Position numbers and translations under genes: made by a program. A DNA stretch of 64,000 nt from a virus, in IMG/VR virus record IMGVR_UViG_3300028388_005362, positions 1 to 64,000 of that record. One strand, 5' to 3'. Shown here piece after piece: positions 39,101-48,913 of this stretch. The notes below the pieces were generated by a model. The model did no database searches, had not been told where the DNA came from, and was given only the letters and a program-made list of their open reading frames with translations. The first letter of the stretch is position 1; the number at the start of each line of letters is the position of its first letter.

Positions 39101-42100
39101 GACCAAGAATGGTGAGTTGCAATATGCCGATAACGGAGAGATAATTGTGGATGAGAACGGCGCATTTCTGACCAACCTTCGTCCATGGACCACATCTCTG
39201 GAACCTTTGCGCAAGAAAGGAAGCTCTTCACGTGAAGGCCGTGAGCTGTACAACATCTCTGCCGCTGAGCACGAACTCTTCAAGATGGGTATGCTGATGA
39301 CCGACGTGAGTGATGAGAGCGGAAACAACAAACGTATCATTAACGTCACATATCCGACCAATTCGGATAAGACCACACAGATCGGATTCCAGATAGAAGC
39401 TGCTGATCTGCAGTTGGATCGTGAGGGTAACCTGGACTCCGACTCCCTTGAGTTGTTATACGAGGCGTTGGTTGCCCCGGAAATACAGCGGGTTCGTCAG
39501 GCAAGACAGGGCGGAATCGATGCAAACAACAAGGCGTACTCCAGCGGAGCCAGGTGGTTCATGCTGATGCCTGAGATAAACAATATTGAAGGAATCTTCT
39601 ACGAGGACGGGCGTTTGAACGAGGACATAGAGGGGGAGATGAAGCAGAAGATCATAGAGGTACTCCAAAGCTATGTCAAGCAGTTAGCGGAAAAGAAAGT
39701 ATCCGACTGGAACGACATGGGTATAATCACCAAAAGCTCTGAGCTGGATAAGCGTTACCGCGATCACCTCAGTGCCGTAGATGAGAATAAGCAGCTTCAG
39801 GGAGCAGCCACCGATATGGTAGCCCAATACCTGGTAGCCAATGCCGAAATATTCAAGATGTTCATCGGTGACCCGGCCCAGTTCTATAAGACCTCTGTTT
39901 ACAAAGATGTCAAAAAGAGACTGGTAGCTGAAGGCGTGGTTACACAACAGCAGGCCGCTGATATGAGCAACCGGGAAGTGGAAGAGCACTTCACCTCCGA
40001 TGACATCATTCAGATCGCTGAAGATACTTTCCTCAATGTAGGTAAGCGGTTGGCGGGTGATATTGCTCCGGGACAGGAGCTGGCAGGAACCGACCGTCAG
40101 TACCACCCCATCAAGACAACCAAGCGCAGGTTTGGCAAGAGCAAGACCCGTAAGTTCTCCCGTGCCAACGATACGGGAAAACAATACAAGACTGTGGTAC
40201 TCCAAGACTTTAAAGGAACGTCCACAGCCATGAAGCAACTCAAAGAGCTGTTCAAGGATGACCCCAAGGTAGCCGCCCAGTACGGCGGATTCGAGTCCAC
40301 TGATGCACAGGAGTATACTACATGGGAAGAGCACCTTAACATGATGCTCTGGACAGGTAAGTTATCCGAGGAAGAGTATACCAATTTCTACGATAAACTC
40401 TCCCAGGGAGAAGACCTGGGCAAGAAGGACCTCAAGAAGGTACTCCAGCCCATGAAGCCGGTATATGTCTACAATACCGAAGACAAATCCGGAACATACG
40501 ACCGCCGTGTGTATGTCAAAAGCTCCTCCTTCCCATTGATTCCTCAGCTGGTACGGGGATTGGAATTGGAGAAGCTGGCTAAAGCCATGCAGACACAAGG
40601 CATTCAACGCGCTGCATTTGCTACGGCGGTCAAGGTGGGTGCCCCTGCTAAGCTCGCCCAGGTGTTCAATACCGACGGTACGATAAAAGATGATTTGGAT
40701 TTTACTGATTCCCAGTTGACTCTGGAGCGTGCTGGACTTCGTATCCAGCAGCAGATTCCTTACGATGGTTCCAAAGCCTCCATCAACCGTGTATCTCAGG
40801 CGATGAAGAACTTCATGGTGAACATGATGGATGTGGAAGGATTCAAGGTCAAGTGGCATAACGACGGCAAGCCCATTAACGGTCGCGAACTTCACTCTTT
40901 GTTCCTGGAGAACTACGAGAAGCTGTTCGAGATGAGCAAGGAAGAGCTGTTGGAAGAACTGCAGGATAGCGATGGTAGTTTCTCCCAGGATAAGATCATC
41001 AAACTGTTGCGAAGAGAAGCTATTGAGCGTGACTACCCTATGAGTGAGGTAGAGATGACCGAGTACGAAGACTTCCTTCGCATGATGCCTTATCTGCCCT
41101 CTGCCGATAGATTTGAGGCCCTTTTGAACTCCATTATAACCAATCGCATTGTCAAGCAGAAAATGCCTGGTAAATCGTATGTATTGGGTGCTCAGGAAGG
41201 CTTTAAGACTTTGGATGAGTTGGACAATGATACCCGTGCCGGTATAACATTCACTCCCGCTTTTGATGGGGAGTTGAAGAGCAACCAGGTATTGATTCCA
41301 TGGAAATTCAAGACCCCCGACGGTAAACTGATCAACATGCGTCAGTTCGTGGGCAAGGACGGCAAGATTGACATGGACAGGCTCAGTCCTGAGGTACTGA
41401 AAATATTTGGTATGCGTATTCCAAACCAGGGACCTATGTCACAACGGTCACTGGAAATCGCCGGGTTCCTGCCCAAGGCTTCCGGAGACCTTATCATTGC
41501 TCCTCGTGACCTTGTGGTACAAATGGGTAGTGACTTTGATGTGGATAAGCTCTACACTTACATGTACAACGTAGAGGTGGTTGGAAGCAAGGAACATCCC
41601 CAGCTACTCAAGTTCGTATACAGTGAAGGTAAGCACAACAAGCACAAAAAGTACAAATTTCATAAGAAAATAGATACTGACACAGAGCGTGAGATGACCG
41701 AGGTTGAAACCATCCGGGAGCTTACCCGAATGGAACACCAGAACAAGGTCATCGACATCATGCACGCTGTTCATGAGAACCCTGACCGCTCCGTACAAAA
41801 GCAGATCCACACCCCGTTAGGATTCTGGCATTTGCCTGAGGTAGCCCAGAAGGTTACAAAGGCCCGCCGTGCCCGTATGCAAGGAGGAGATTTGTTCACC
41901 GGACTCTCTGATGCCTACCAGCGTCAGAAGTACATCAACGCTACTGCAGGTAAGTCTGGAACAGGAGTATTCGCTAAGGATTCTGCCTTCAATGCCACCA
42001 TCCAGGGGGTGGAAAAGCCCATGAATCTGAGAGGTAAAGGCAAGAGACCATACACGGTCACTTTCGGAAACCGTAACAGCGGAAAACAGGGACTCAATAG

Positions 42101-45100
42101 CCCCATGGCACTGGATGGCAAGACTTACAAGAGTGATGTCATCTCCGGATACCTGTCTGCGGCTGTGGATAACGAGAAGGAACAGCTGCTGGATAAGCTC
42201 AACATCAACAATGCCACCTTCGGAGTGGTTACCCTGTTGAACCAGATGGGATTCACCGATGAGGTGCTGTACTTCATCACCCAGGACATTATCTTCGACT
42301 ACGCTGAAAACCTGGCGAAGGTCAGAAGTTCCCTCAACGAAGAGGAGAAAGGTAATCCTGAGGCACGGGCCATGAAGATGACCCTCGACCAATATGAGAA
42401 GAAAGCACAGCAGGCTGGAAAGAGTTGGTCCATTGACGACAATGAAGTATGGAACCGCTACAAAGCTCCGTATGTCAAGGACATGGAGAAGATGATTGTG
42501 GAGGGGGAAAATTCCCAGGATTATTTCGTTCGTCAGTTGGCGATACTGGAAAAATTCAAGGAGTTGCAGAAGGCTGCTAAGAGTCTGGGTGCTGTACAAG
42601 CAGCTGTAAACCCGGATTCCAAAGGTATGCCTAAAGATATGGTCGGGTTGAGTTTGAAACAAACTGCAGCCGCTGAGCTGGGCAAAAAGCTCATTAACGG
42701 AGAGGACCTTATCCACCCTGTTGGAAAAGCCAAGACCGTTAACGCCATCGTACACAGGAATGCCACAAACCTGGCAGTCCAGCTTTGGCTCAGCGGAAAC
42801 AACGGGGTGAGCTTCCCATACGCCTCTCCATCCACTTTGGAGTCACTGCTTGAAGGCTATCAACTCATTACCCAGAAAGAGCTGTTCAGCGATACGGAGA
42901 AATCCAATGTTGCCCGCGAGATGTGGAATGATATGAAGAGTTATCTGTTCACCGCCCAAACACTGGGATTGAGCAGAAAGGATGTGAAGTCCTTGCGCCA
43001 TACCCTCACCCACGACGAACGTAAAAAAGAGAAAGGGGATAACAATACGGTTAGCTGGGAGCACACCAAAATGTCTTTGGCTTCCATCGTCAAAGCTCTT
43101 CAGGATTCCGGGCAGCTGGGCAACAATGCCTTCTTCAACAAACTCATTCCTCACCCGGGATACAAAGGAAACCCTGCGCGGGTAGACCTTAACGCTGCTG
43201 TCAGTGAAGACTTTGACCCCATCAATACTTATCGCGGGTTCATCGATTTGTTGATTCATGACAAACCTTTGGGCACATTCAACGGGGTTGAGTACACCAC
43301 ACGTAAGCTGGCGAGTGATCTGATTGCTTATGCGTATGTTACGGGAGGAGTACAAAAGGCCCACCAATTCATACGTTACGTTCCACCGGCATACCTGAAG
43401 ACCATCGGGTTCTTTGACGGGTTGTTTGCCATTGAGGATGCCAAACCGGATGTCCAGATATTTCTGGACCAGTGGGCTCAGCACAATGCCAAGCGGGTTC
43501 CCCAGGTCAAGTTCTCCGAAGCACAAAAAAGTGCTGATGGCAAGGATTGGATCTCTTTGACCAGCTTTGCCCCGGATAACAAAGTGGATACCTTCTGGTA
43601 CCAGGAAACGGTGAAGGGGAAAGAACTTAGCTTCCCTGTTCCTTTTGTTGCTGTTAAGAATAGTAAAGGCACCTTGGCACTGTTCAAACTCAAGGACGGT
43701 GTATACGAGAGGATTGACACACTGGGCAACAAGTTCGGGTACAAGGAATATGACTTCCAGAGTGCTGTCGGAGAATCCCAGATTCCAAAGAATCGGGGGT
43801 ATCGCAAAGACAGTGCGGATGTCAACAACCCTTCCCATGAGGATGGAAAAGTTCAGAACACCGACAAGGCAACAAAGGGTGGGCGATTGATGGACACCGG
43901 TGGAAGAACCACCCACAGGAAGAATTTGGGCAGGATAAAGAAAGCAACTACTAACAAGTACCTGCAGACCCTTGCAGATGCTTTGAGCAAGCGCCCAGAC
44001 CTGACTCCAGAGAATATGAGGGTCACCAAAAGCAAGAATCCATTGATTGCCGGACGCTCGTTTGTGGACGAAAGAGGCGCCAGTATTTTGGAAATGAACC
44101 CACATGTTCCGAAATTTGAAGATGTGAATGAATTTGCCAAGACATACCTGCATGAGACCATGCACCTGTTGACCCGCTCGCAGTTGATCCGTTATGAAAA
44201 TTATCTCAAGGACACGGAAGGTACCCGGGAATCCCGCATGCGTAAATGGGGGCTGACCCCTAAGAGCATTGCCGCGATGGCAGAATTGCGTCGGGTACAC
44301 CTGATGGCAAGAGAGGAGCTGATGAAGGACCCCAAAGCCAAGGAGCTGATGGATAAGTTAGCCCTTCGTGAGCAGTATAAGGAGCAATATAAGAATGAGG
44401 AAATCACCCAGGAGCAGTTACTGGAAAAAGTGGATGCTCTACAACTGAGTACATACGACACACAACAGTACTATGGTATATATAATCTAAAGGAATTCGT
44501 TGCAGAAGCATTGACCAATGAGAAGTTCCAGAGGAGATTGAACGATATTACAGATAACCAAGGCACCACCTGGCTCGACCGCATCCTCGACAAGCTCAAG
44601 GATCTGTTTGCCTCTTTAGGCTTTGAGGTCAAGAAAGGCTCTGTGCTGGAAACAGCCGTAGTGAATACCTTCTCTCTGATTGAGGGCATGCCTGCTACTG
44701 AGGAAGCCGCTCAGCTCAAGGACATCAAAGAGGAGAAGAAATCGGTCGATAGTCCGCTTGCCGGAATGGCTGGACTGGGGACAAACTCTTCGGAGTACCC
44801 CGCTGTGAATGCCAATCCCGTACTGGAAATCAACCGCAAGCTGATGGGGGAGAACCTGGTGGGACAAGACGGTCGCATCACCGGTGGTACCAAGGATTTG
44901 AACCGTGCAGCCGAGATAGTCAAGGGACACAACCAAGCCTCCCTGGAGCGTATTGGAGTACCTTTGGCGAAACTTAACTGGGCTGACCGCAAGGTAGAGT
45001 TCGACCAAGCGGCTGTCGATAAGTATCGAAAGTATATGAATGCCACAGAATTCTTAGGAGAGTTCGAGGCAGAGAAAGTAAATGAATACAAAGAGAAATA

Positions 45101-45113
45101 CAATATTTGTTAA
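33186..45113 (+). CDS. Giant virion-packaged DNA-dependent RNA polymerase polyprotein
   Basis: 3975 aa with TDAQEY, RIPNQG, catalytic GSDFDVDKL (41532-41546) and AAVDNEKE; C-terminal HETMH zincin-like region. Confidence 0.9.
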   Translation: MPIDKDLLKRGLAKQKQGPQVIGPYQGPIDNMEYGSGLSDALKYRPNIYKGDDLNKIKADGQSEWKKGFNAVVGGLASGLLTAVEDTGYILDFENNLKNLADLENVESNWLSDLAKEGKHAIDEAMPIYTEDPNKIWDWNDSGQYWKALKGILDSAVGFAIPGAGATKVVGAAQRLARLGRYMNFLKTSKMGQQLTNSLAAGYITNYGEGKMMALEQYEDSLEKYKHDLWERTFKEIQSKNLGEDPGVLTQRAQDLYNQRLAESMPDFERIAGEEADKFMFKNKAFMLTDAMGLHGLYRGQGLTRNIIKDPSFKGGLKAMGKADLDNPIIQGLKESAEEIGQNVLQMEGKFQTAQRMGQETESNEDLWKRALEFATSDQAILEGAMGFFGGGPQRVLTKAASGQYSAKHRKQQREAYEDQQFMMDPEAKTRTVTRKRPVFDNETGEETFEEYEVTEYNNQWFIENRLSEFDQTRKLIDKAMERGEKGLAETLKNQMFLKMASENFGRGTTANLERALKDVIESNLSEEEVAEKGWDPDYKEQAREQLKLLKKMENRWNRYTKYENREDVFYNRMSYDTLHEQFWNAYNKRKEAEALTDQILEMKGLQRENLTEEQYQEYMQMESVQDEIYYEELRSAIHKQREKLDSDYRKITSDEYQSSLRKMDRQFKRIVKEQAAKARAEAKRQKDKAKAESRSEKQSKTQPKNNNADESTVSSEEQGGNTGGESQTSGTDSGTTQPKTRSPKTQPSNPGTDGSSATSDTQQTEAEPVSDEEYADFVDNGNVSDHRLHMIASKIQSGKQNELSEREKAIHAAKTQEVEEMLRLRKQHEEERKRKEKGTANEQTRAKQQQQENTDEIFTERDTDSTTEQNTKAEELLNETNPDGIEVHDKVALLSRNYIRKGQSTFIDLDNNVIRSMDGMHDILFSDLVGEGTKIRLVVVDDPDVEISSELTYQVSTQGKTTWGAIRDNEQDKTNRIPIQIQLEDGTAIGWLHEMNYANEFATDDSSARLYAVRKAVLEKGPIETTVTSNNGGKFFRYANNEQRPVGEAMPNATMAVVKNGELISNGEVVQVDNPESLANGMTYTVIESAGKRYALQVNPTKFTDTESGRALKRTILKVIEIFTDGDSRTAEQEEIVNQIMENTRNWPGGAVNITTAKGMDRYLSAIMLNSNIHGASMLWAGRNEKDKSRGYLNNNKIKPGAVIFTIKNGAISGSRDKGVEHVSLSKNSPESFRKGKGIEVFESLLDKAYVKIDKNLVGSDKNIVLIGEDGQATVEKYQDIAGKITQTNLKGVQVNTSQGERTTYRFQPRITFDISFAPLPLPEQNAQSQPANESGPNAMEVFNKVKGLFISDPNEMLDKWNSIAPMEQWLTEAVVEWFTQNKNAYNKAMEDYAKYSGQKASDAYKRLMVLQKSFEAAIKRASLKAISMPDTSSVVKPPLEKPVQPQETQQEMSEEELASHLGLSDGQIGDINILVDADEEPNFEGPVLTEAKVAELIKATQNMIIEGLGLKFQTELVETMASDIFRQLIESEEGRMEFAETMETYKDLAAKAVAAAQKDIDTLSAGINSGTLSEKNTLTAKKVLAQRQKVQDVWNNVLSNWDRLSQFTFERVMQFSDTAIDGDPENLRWDDNSAFTVDTKESVAPMLKRFLALIPERDADGNTVKTVLGTTKYLAFDKVYNILQRTTPNRRPDFNELMEAIDENTKAYPFLAEVKAELMKADQQMKNLFVGAMSNHYVNMQLVEWSRGENGEFTLRALSANSNAIALTIFDIWRENLKRHDDVFQVEGEEEEYFIGPELIKRLTDAANTWGHVTPDKGGLKYWFEQLGITLSEKTVEDILSGAFQYGNTKSFQDHVNNPGGLIHTLVKNLSTRGKTSLSDNDPLNNTVVKRLSRHDAQYSQNALSNSLQTGGKTVYAYGQNKYAIVRHNELKRLNTSTKDGKKVKTNTLLTRLAKYGFSGNSLWLYKMAKTKNGELQYADNGEIIVDENGAFLTNLRPWTTSLEPLRKKGSSSREGRELYNISAAEHELFKMGMLMTDVSDESGNNKRIINVTYPTNSDKTTQIGFQIEAADLQLDREGNLDSDSLELLYEALVAPEIQRVRQARQGGIDANNKAYSSGARWFMLMPEINNIEGIFYEDGRLNEDIEGEMKQKIIEVLQSYVKQLAEKKVSDWNDMGIITKSSELDKRYRDHLSAVDENKQLQGAATDMVAQYLVANAEIFKMFIGDPAQFYKTSVYKDVKKRLVAEGVVTQQQAADMSNREVEEHFTSDDIIQIAEDTFLNVGKRLAGDIAPGQELAGTDRQYHPIKTTKRRFGKSKTRKFSRANDTGKQYKTVVLQDFKGTSTAMKQLKELFKDDPKVAAQYGGFESTDAQEYTTWEEHLNMMLWTGKLSEEEYTNFYDKLSQGEDLGKKDLKKVLQPMKPVYVYNTEDKSGTYDRRVYVKSSSFPLIPQLVRGLELEKLAKAMQTQGIQRAAFATAVKVGAPAKLAQVFNTDGTIKDDLDFTDSQLTLERAGLRIQQQIPYDGSKASINRVSQAMKNFMVNMMDVEGFKVKWHNDGKPINGRELHSLFLENYEKLFEMSKEELLEELQDSDGSFSQDKIIKLLRREAIERDYPMSEVEMTEYEDFLRMMPYLPSADRFEALLNSIITNRIVKQKMPGKSYVLGAQEGFKTLDELDNDTRAGITFTPAFDGELKSNQVLIPWKFKTPDGKLINMRQFVGKDGKIDMDRLSPEVLKIFGMRIPNQGPMSQRSLEIAGFLPKASGDLIIAPRDLVVQMGSDFDVDKLYTYMYNVEVVGSKEHPQLLKFVYSEGKHNKHKKYKFHKKIDTDTEREMTEVETIRELTRMEHQNKVIDIMHAVHENPDRSVQKQIHTPLGFWHLPEVAQKVTKARRARMQGGDLFTGLSDAYQRQKYINATAGKSGTGVFAKDSAFNATIQGVEKPMNLRGKGKRPYTVTFGNRNSGKQGLNSPMALDGKTYKSDVISGYLSAAVDNEKEQLLDKLNINNATFGVVTLLNQMGFTDEVLYFITQDIIFDYAENLAKVRSSLNEEEKGNPEARAMKMTLDQYEKKAQQAGKSWSIDDNEVWNRYKAPYVKDMEKMIVEGENSQDYFVRQLAILEKFKELQKAAKSLGAVQAAVNPDSKGMPKDMVGLSLKQTAAAELGKKLINGEDLIHPVGKAKTVNAIVHRNATNLAVQLWLSGNNGVSFPYASPSTLESLLEGYQLITQKELFSDTEKSNVAREMWNDMKSYLFTAQTLGLSRKDVKSLRHTLTHDERKKEKGDNNTVSWEHTKMSLASIVKALQDSGQLGNNAFFNKLIPHPGYKGNPARVDLNAAVSEDFDPINTYRGFIDLLIHDKPLGTFNGVEYTTRKLASDLIAYAYVTGGVQKAHQFIRYVPPAYLKTIGFFDGLFAIEDAKPDVQIFLDQWAQHNAKRVPQVKFSEAQKSADGKDWISLTSFAPDNKVDTFWYQETVKGKELSFPVPFVAVKNSKGTLALFKLKDGVYERIDTLGNKFGYKEYDFQSAVGESQIPKNRGYRKDSADVNNPSHEDGKVQNTDKATKGGRLMDTGGRTTHRKNLGRIKKATTNKYLQTLADALSKRPDLTPENMRVTKSKNPLIAGRSFVDERGASILEMNPHVPKFEDVNEFAKTYLHETMHLLTRSQLIRYENYLKDTEGTRESRMRKWGLTPKSIAAMAELRRVHLMAREELMKDPKAKELMDKLALREQYKEQYKNEEITQEQLLEKVDALQLSTYDTQQYYGIYNLKEFVAEALTNEKFQRRLNDITDNQGTTWLDRILDKLKDLFASLGFEVKKGSVLETAVVNTFSLIEGMPATEEAAQLKDIKEEKKSVDSPLAGMAGLGTNSSEYPAVNANPVLEINRKLMGENLVGQDGRITGGTKDLNRAAEIVKGHNQASLERIGVPLAKLNWADRKVEFDQAAVDKYRKYMNATEFLGEFEAEKVNEYKEKYNIC

Positions 45114-45115
45114 TC

Positions 45116-48100
45116 ATGGGAAAAGCCAATTGTCAGATATTCCCGACGGCGCCTAACGGTAAGGATTCCAACCTGTTCAAGGATGTGTTGGAGTCCACCG
45201 GTAGTCGTGAAGCAGCCACTTACGCATACGGATACGCCAGGAGCGAAGAGTTCCGATACAAAATGGGTGACTGGTTGTATAAGAATCCACATAACCCCTA
45301 TAAAGGAACGCTGGACCAGAACGGTGAACCCATCATGGCGGATCTCACTGAGGTGCTTATCACCAAAGACTTCGAGATGCCTCAAACACAGGATGACCGG
45401 TTCAAGCCTTTACACAAGGTACGGGAACTGGAGAAAAGGGACCTATACAAACAACTCGGGGAATTCAAGCGTAAGCTCAAGGAAACAGAAAAAGATGTTG
45501 ACAGGGTCAAGTACCGTCAGCTTATCCAGCGTACTGAGCAGCGAATCGATGCTTTGGATATGGAAATGGAAGACATGTTGAAGAAGTCCTCCCTGGAAGA
45601 GATTGAACAGTATGCCCGTCAGGACCTTGATCGTGCATGGGACATCTTACAGAAGGATGAAATCACTCCGGGGGAAATGTACCTGGTGGGACACATCATC
45701 TCTTTGTGGCAGAAAGCCGGAGACTTCTCCGAGGATGACCACCTGTTCTTCGACCAGGCAGAGTTAGAAGCCCGCCGGGAAGGACTCAAGGAGATAACCG
45801 ATAAGTTCCTGGAATGGAAGGATGAGGCGGACCACATGTACACCAACTACTTGCTTCCCCTCCAGCGAAACATGGTAGAGTCTTCTGTCAAGGAAACCTT
45901 TGGAGAGAACGCTTCCAGCGGTCTGGATAACTCCAGAAAGGATAAATCGTGGGCGGTGCTAAATTTTTTGGACATCACTGAAACAAGCGATACGCTGCTG
46001 CAAGCCATGGGTGCATGGGTGAAGACAGCTCAATTCAAAGCCCATCAGGAAAGCGAAGCAGTAATGGCTGAGATTGACCAGTTGATTAAAGAGAGCGGTG
46101 TGAAGGATTTCGATCTGTTCATGCAGACCTTCTCCAACGAAGACTCAAGACTCACCGGTAACCTGGTATTCCGCTGGACACAGGCATACTTTGACGAATC
46201 CAAACGGCAGAAAGCCCGCTTGCATAAGGCACGTAACCAGGCAATGCTAATCGAAGACCCTAAGGAAAGGGGCCGTAAGATTGCCAAGATACACCAGAAC
46301 TACTTCCGTCAGATGGCAAAGCGTTCGATAACCTTTGACCTCAGGAAGCTGTTCCCGGATGCGGATATGTACAACGAGACCTCTTTTACCGAAGAAGAGC
46401 GCAGAAATCACGAAGCTGAACTCCGTCTGCACCTGGGAGATAAAGGCTACGAGCGATTCATTGAAGACGCTGAGGAGCTCTTGGAAGACTACAAGAAGGA
46501 CAGAGAAGCCTATATGCTGGAGTTGGAAGCTGAATTCCAGGATGAAATGTCTGCAGGAGACACCTCGAACTTCGATGTGCACCTGCGCGTATGGGAGATG
46601 TCAAACTCACCTTACTGGCATGCGCAGTTCCAGGAAGAGGGATACCCATCCAAAGGAATACAGGGCATGTACGCCAAGCCTACCTCTCGGTATGTCAAGA
46701 CGGTTCCCCGCCGATTCGATACTGACGGCAATGACACCGGCTATTATGATAAGAAGTATGAGCAGATAGAGGCAGACGAGAAGAAACTTAAGCTCTACGA
46801 CTATATCTTTGACACCCTCAAGCAATCCCGGGAATACTTACCCAACCACAAGATCTCTTTCATGCAGGTCAACACCTTGCCCATGATTGAGAAGACCGTG
46901 TTGGAGACCTTTGCCAGGGATGGCATGCTCTCAGGAGCAGCAGGTATGTGGGAGTCCTTAAAGAAAGCCACACGTTCAGATGCTTTATCGGATACTGAAT
47001 ACAACGATATTGACCCTTTGACCGGAGAAGCGGGCATGACCCATCAGTTAGCCTTCGTATCCAATCCTACCAAAAGGGTAGAAGAGTATGTCGAGCGCAA
47101 GGAGATTGAATGGACGGGGAAGAACGGCAAGCCTGAATCGGATGCCGAGTTAAACGAATTGCTTCTGCTCAAAGAAGAGTGGCGTAGAGAAGCCACCGAC
47201 AAGCTGGCGAACCAGAAGTCCCATGATTTGGGTATGGTCACCAAGGCATTTGCCGCTATGGCGCTCTCATTTAAGCACAAGGCGCTTATCGAACCCCAGA
47301 TGACCCTAAGCTACAAGTTGATGAATAACTCCCTTGAGCAGGTCACAAACGATGCCGGATCACAAATGGTTGACAAGGACGGGAACCCGATGAAGAAGAA
47401 GGGCCTGGAGAACATGCGTAAGATGTTGAAGGATTTCATGGAGACGTCCTATTATGGGTATCCCGTGCGCATCAAGCAAGGGCAGACCAAGAAAAGGGTG
47501 CTTACTCCTCAGGAAAAGAAAGTCCGTAAGGAGATTGAGTCTTCCATGGAACAGCTCAAAGCAATGCACGAAAAGGGAGACCTTACCGATGCGGAATACA
47601 ACGGCAAGCAACAAAAACTGCAGGACCAACTCGATAAGCTGGGCGGAGTATTTACCGCAAGTCAGTTCGGAGATATGATGCTCAAGTACGTCCAGATACT
47701 TGGACTGGGATGGAACGTGAAGGCCGCCATTGCGAATTTGGGCTTTGGTTTCATCTCCAATATCATTGAGGCTGCCGATGGTCGCTCGTTCACTATCGGG
47801 GAGTATTTCAAGGCAATGTCCCTGGTCAAAAGTTCTGTATTGAAGAACATGTCCTTCAACCAGATTGAGACCAAGAACGCCAAGAAGATTCGCAATATGA
47901 TGGATAAACTTGACGTACTCAAGGACAGCCGATACGAGCTGTACAAGGCTACTGTCGGGGGCAACAAGCTCAAAGAGAAACTCAACTGGCTTGACCCGTA
48001 TAACCCCAATGCCCGAACCGAGTACATCAACCAGGCTTCCATTATGGTTGCCATGTTGATGCACGACGGACTCTGGGATAAGTACGATGAGAATGGTAAT

Positions 48101-48913
48101 CTCAAAGAAGGCGAGGAAGTCGACGAGAAGGCATTCATTGACACCAAACTCCGCATCGACAAACTCAACAAGATCTCCCACGGTAATTACGACCCTGACC
48201 TGACATTGTCGGTCAAGCGTAAGTTTTTGGGAAGAGCTTTCTCTCAGTTCCGTACCTGGGCCTTTATGGGATTTGCCAACCGTTTTCAGGCAGGCTTTTA
48301 TGATAACCAGTTGGGATATGAGAGAAAGGGAAGATACCGCTCTTATAGCGCACTTGCCCAACAAATAGGCAAGGTGATGAAACAGGAGAGCGGGTATAGG
48401 GCAGCAGCCTTTGGTGCCAAAGAACTGTTGCGTGCAGCTACCTTCGGGGTATATAACCCGGAAAGCGGTATGGTAGAAGGACTCAGCGAGGTGGATCAAG
48501 CCAATCTTCGAAAGAACCTGATGGAGCTTTATCTCTATCTGGCGTTGGCAATCCTGGTGAGGGCATTCTCAGCCATGGCAGACACAGACGATGACAAAGA
48601 GGCGACATGGAAGTATAGTACTTTCTTCACCATCAATATCCTTGCCCGTCTGCAGACTGATATATTGTTCTACACGAATCCGTCGGAATTTGAACGATTG
48701 CAGAGAAACGCTCTGGCTGTATTCTCTTTGGTGGTAGACAGTCAGAAGGCTCTGGATTCCACATATAATTGGATGGTCGGGGGCGACGACATTCTCCAAA
48801 GGGGGCCTAATAAAGGGGAATCAAGGATGCTTCGTGACTGGTCTAAATTGATTCCCATGTGGAATCAGAAGTATCGCATGGAGGCAGCGTACTCGATGAT
48901 ATTCGACCGTTAA
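45116..48913 (+). CDS. Large internal virion / polyvalent-type protein
   Basis: N-terminal APNGKDSNLF...FRYKMGDW...LDQNGEP; C-terminal HGNY...GRAFSQFRTW. Confidence 0.75.
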   Translation: MGKANCQIFPTAPNGKDSNLFKDVLESTGSREAATYAYGYARSEEFRYKMGDWLYKNPHNPYKGTLDQNGEPIMADLTEVLITKDFEMPQTQDDRFKPLHKVRELEKRDLYKQLGEFKRKLKETEKDVDRVKYRQLIQRTEQRIDALDMEMEDMLKKSSLEEIEQYARQDLDRAWDILQKDEITPGEMYLVGHIISLWQKAGDFSEDDHLFFDQAELEARREGLKEITDKFLEWKDEADHMYTNYLLPLQRNMVESSVKETFGENASSGLDNSRKDKSWAVLNFLDITETSDTLLQAMGAWVKTAQFKAHQESEAVMAEIDQLIKESGVKDFDLFMQTFSNEDSRLTGNLVFRWTQAYFDESKRQKARLHKARNQAMLIEDPKERGRKIAKIHQNYFRQMAKRSITFDLRKLFPDADMYNETSFTEEERRNHEAELRLHLGDKGYERFIEDAEELLEDYKKDREAYMLELEAEFQDEMSAGDTSNFDVHLRVWEMSNSPYWHAQFQEEGYPSKGIQGMYAKPTSRYVKTVPRRFDTDGNDTGYYDKKYEQIEADEKKLKLYDYIFDTLKQSREYLPNHKISFMQVNTLPMIEKTVLETFARDGMLSGAAGMWESLKKATRSDALSDTEYNDIDPLTGEAGMTHQLAFVSNPTKRVEEYVERKEIEWTGKNGKPESDAELNELLLLKEEWRREATDKLANQKSHDLGMVTKAFAAMALSFKHKALIEPQMTLSYKLMNNSLEQVTNDAGSQMVDKDGNPMKKKGLENMRKMLKDFMETSYYGYPVRIKQGQTKKRVLTPQEKKVRKEIESSMEQLKAMHEKGDLTDAEYNGKQQKLQDQLDKLGGVFTASQFGDMMLKYVQILGLGWNVKAAIANLGFGFISNIIEAADGRSFTIGEYFKAMSLVKSSVLKNMSFNQIETKNAKKIRNMMDKLDVLKDSRYELYKATVGGNKLKEKLNWLDPYNPNARTEYINQASIMVAMLMHDGLWDKYDENGNLKEGEEVDEKAFIDTKLRIDKLNKISHGNYDPDLTLSVKRKFLGRAFSQFRTWAFMGFANRFQAGFYDNQLGYERKGRYRSYSALAQQIGKVMKQESGYRAAAFGAKELLRAATFGVYNPESGMVEGLSEVDQANLRKNLMELYLYLALAILVRAFSAMADTDDDKEATWKYSTFFTINILARLQTDILFYTNPSEFERLQRNALAVFSLVVDSQKALDSTYNWMVGGDDILQRGPNKGESRMLRDWSKLIPMWNQKYRMEAAYSMIFDR

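Noticed and set aside
41817-48499. Long antisense ORFs (e.g. 42843-44300, 47360-48499, 41817-42755)
   Set aside because: They are shadows of codon bias in the giant + strand genes and have no recognisable motifs.
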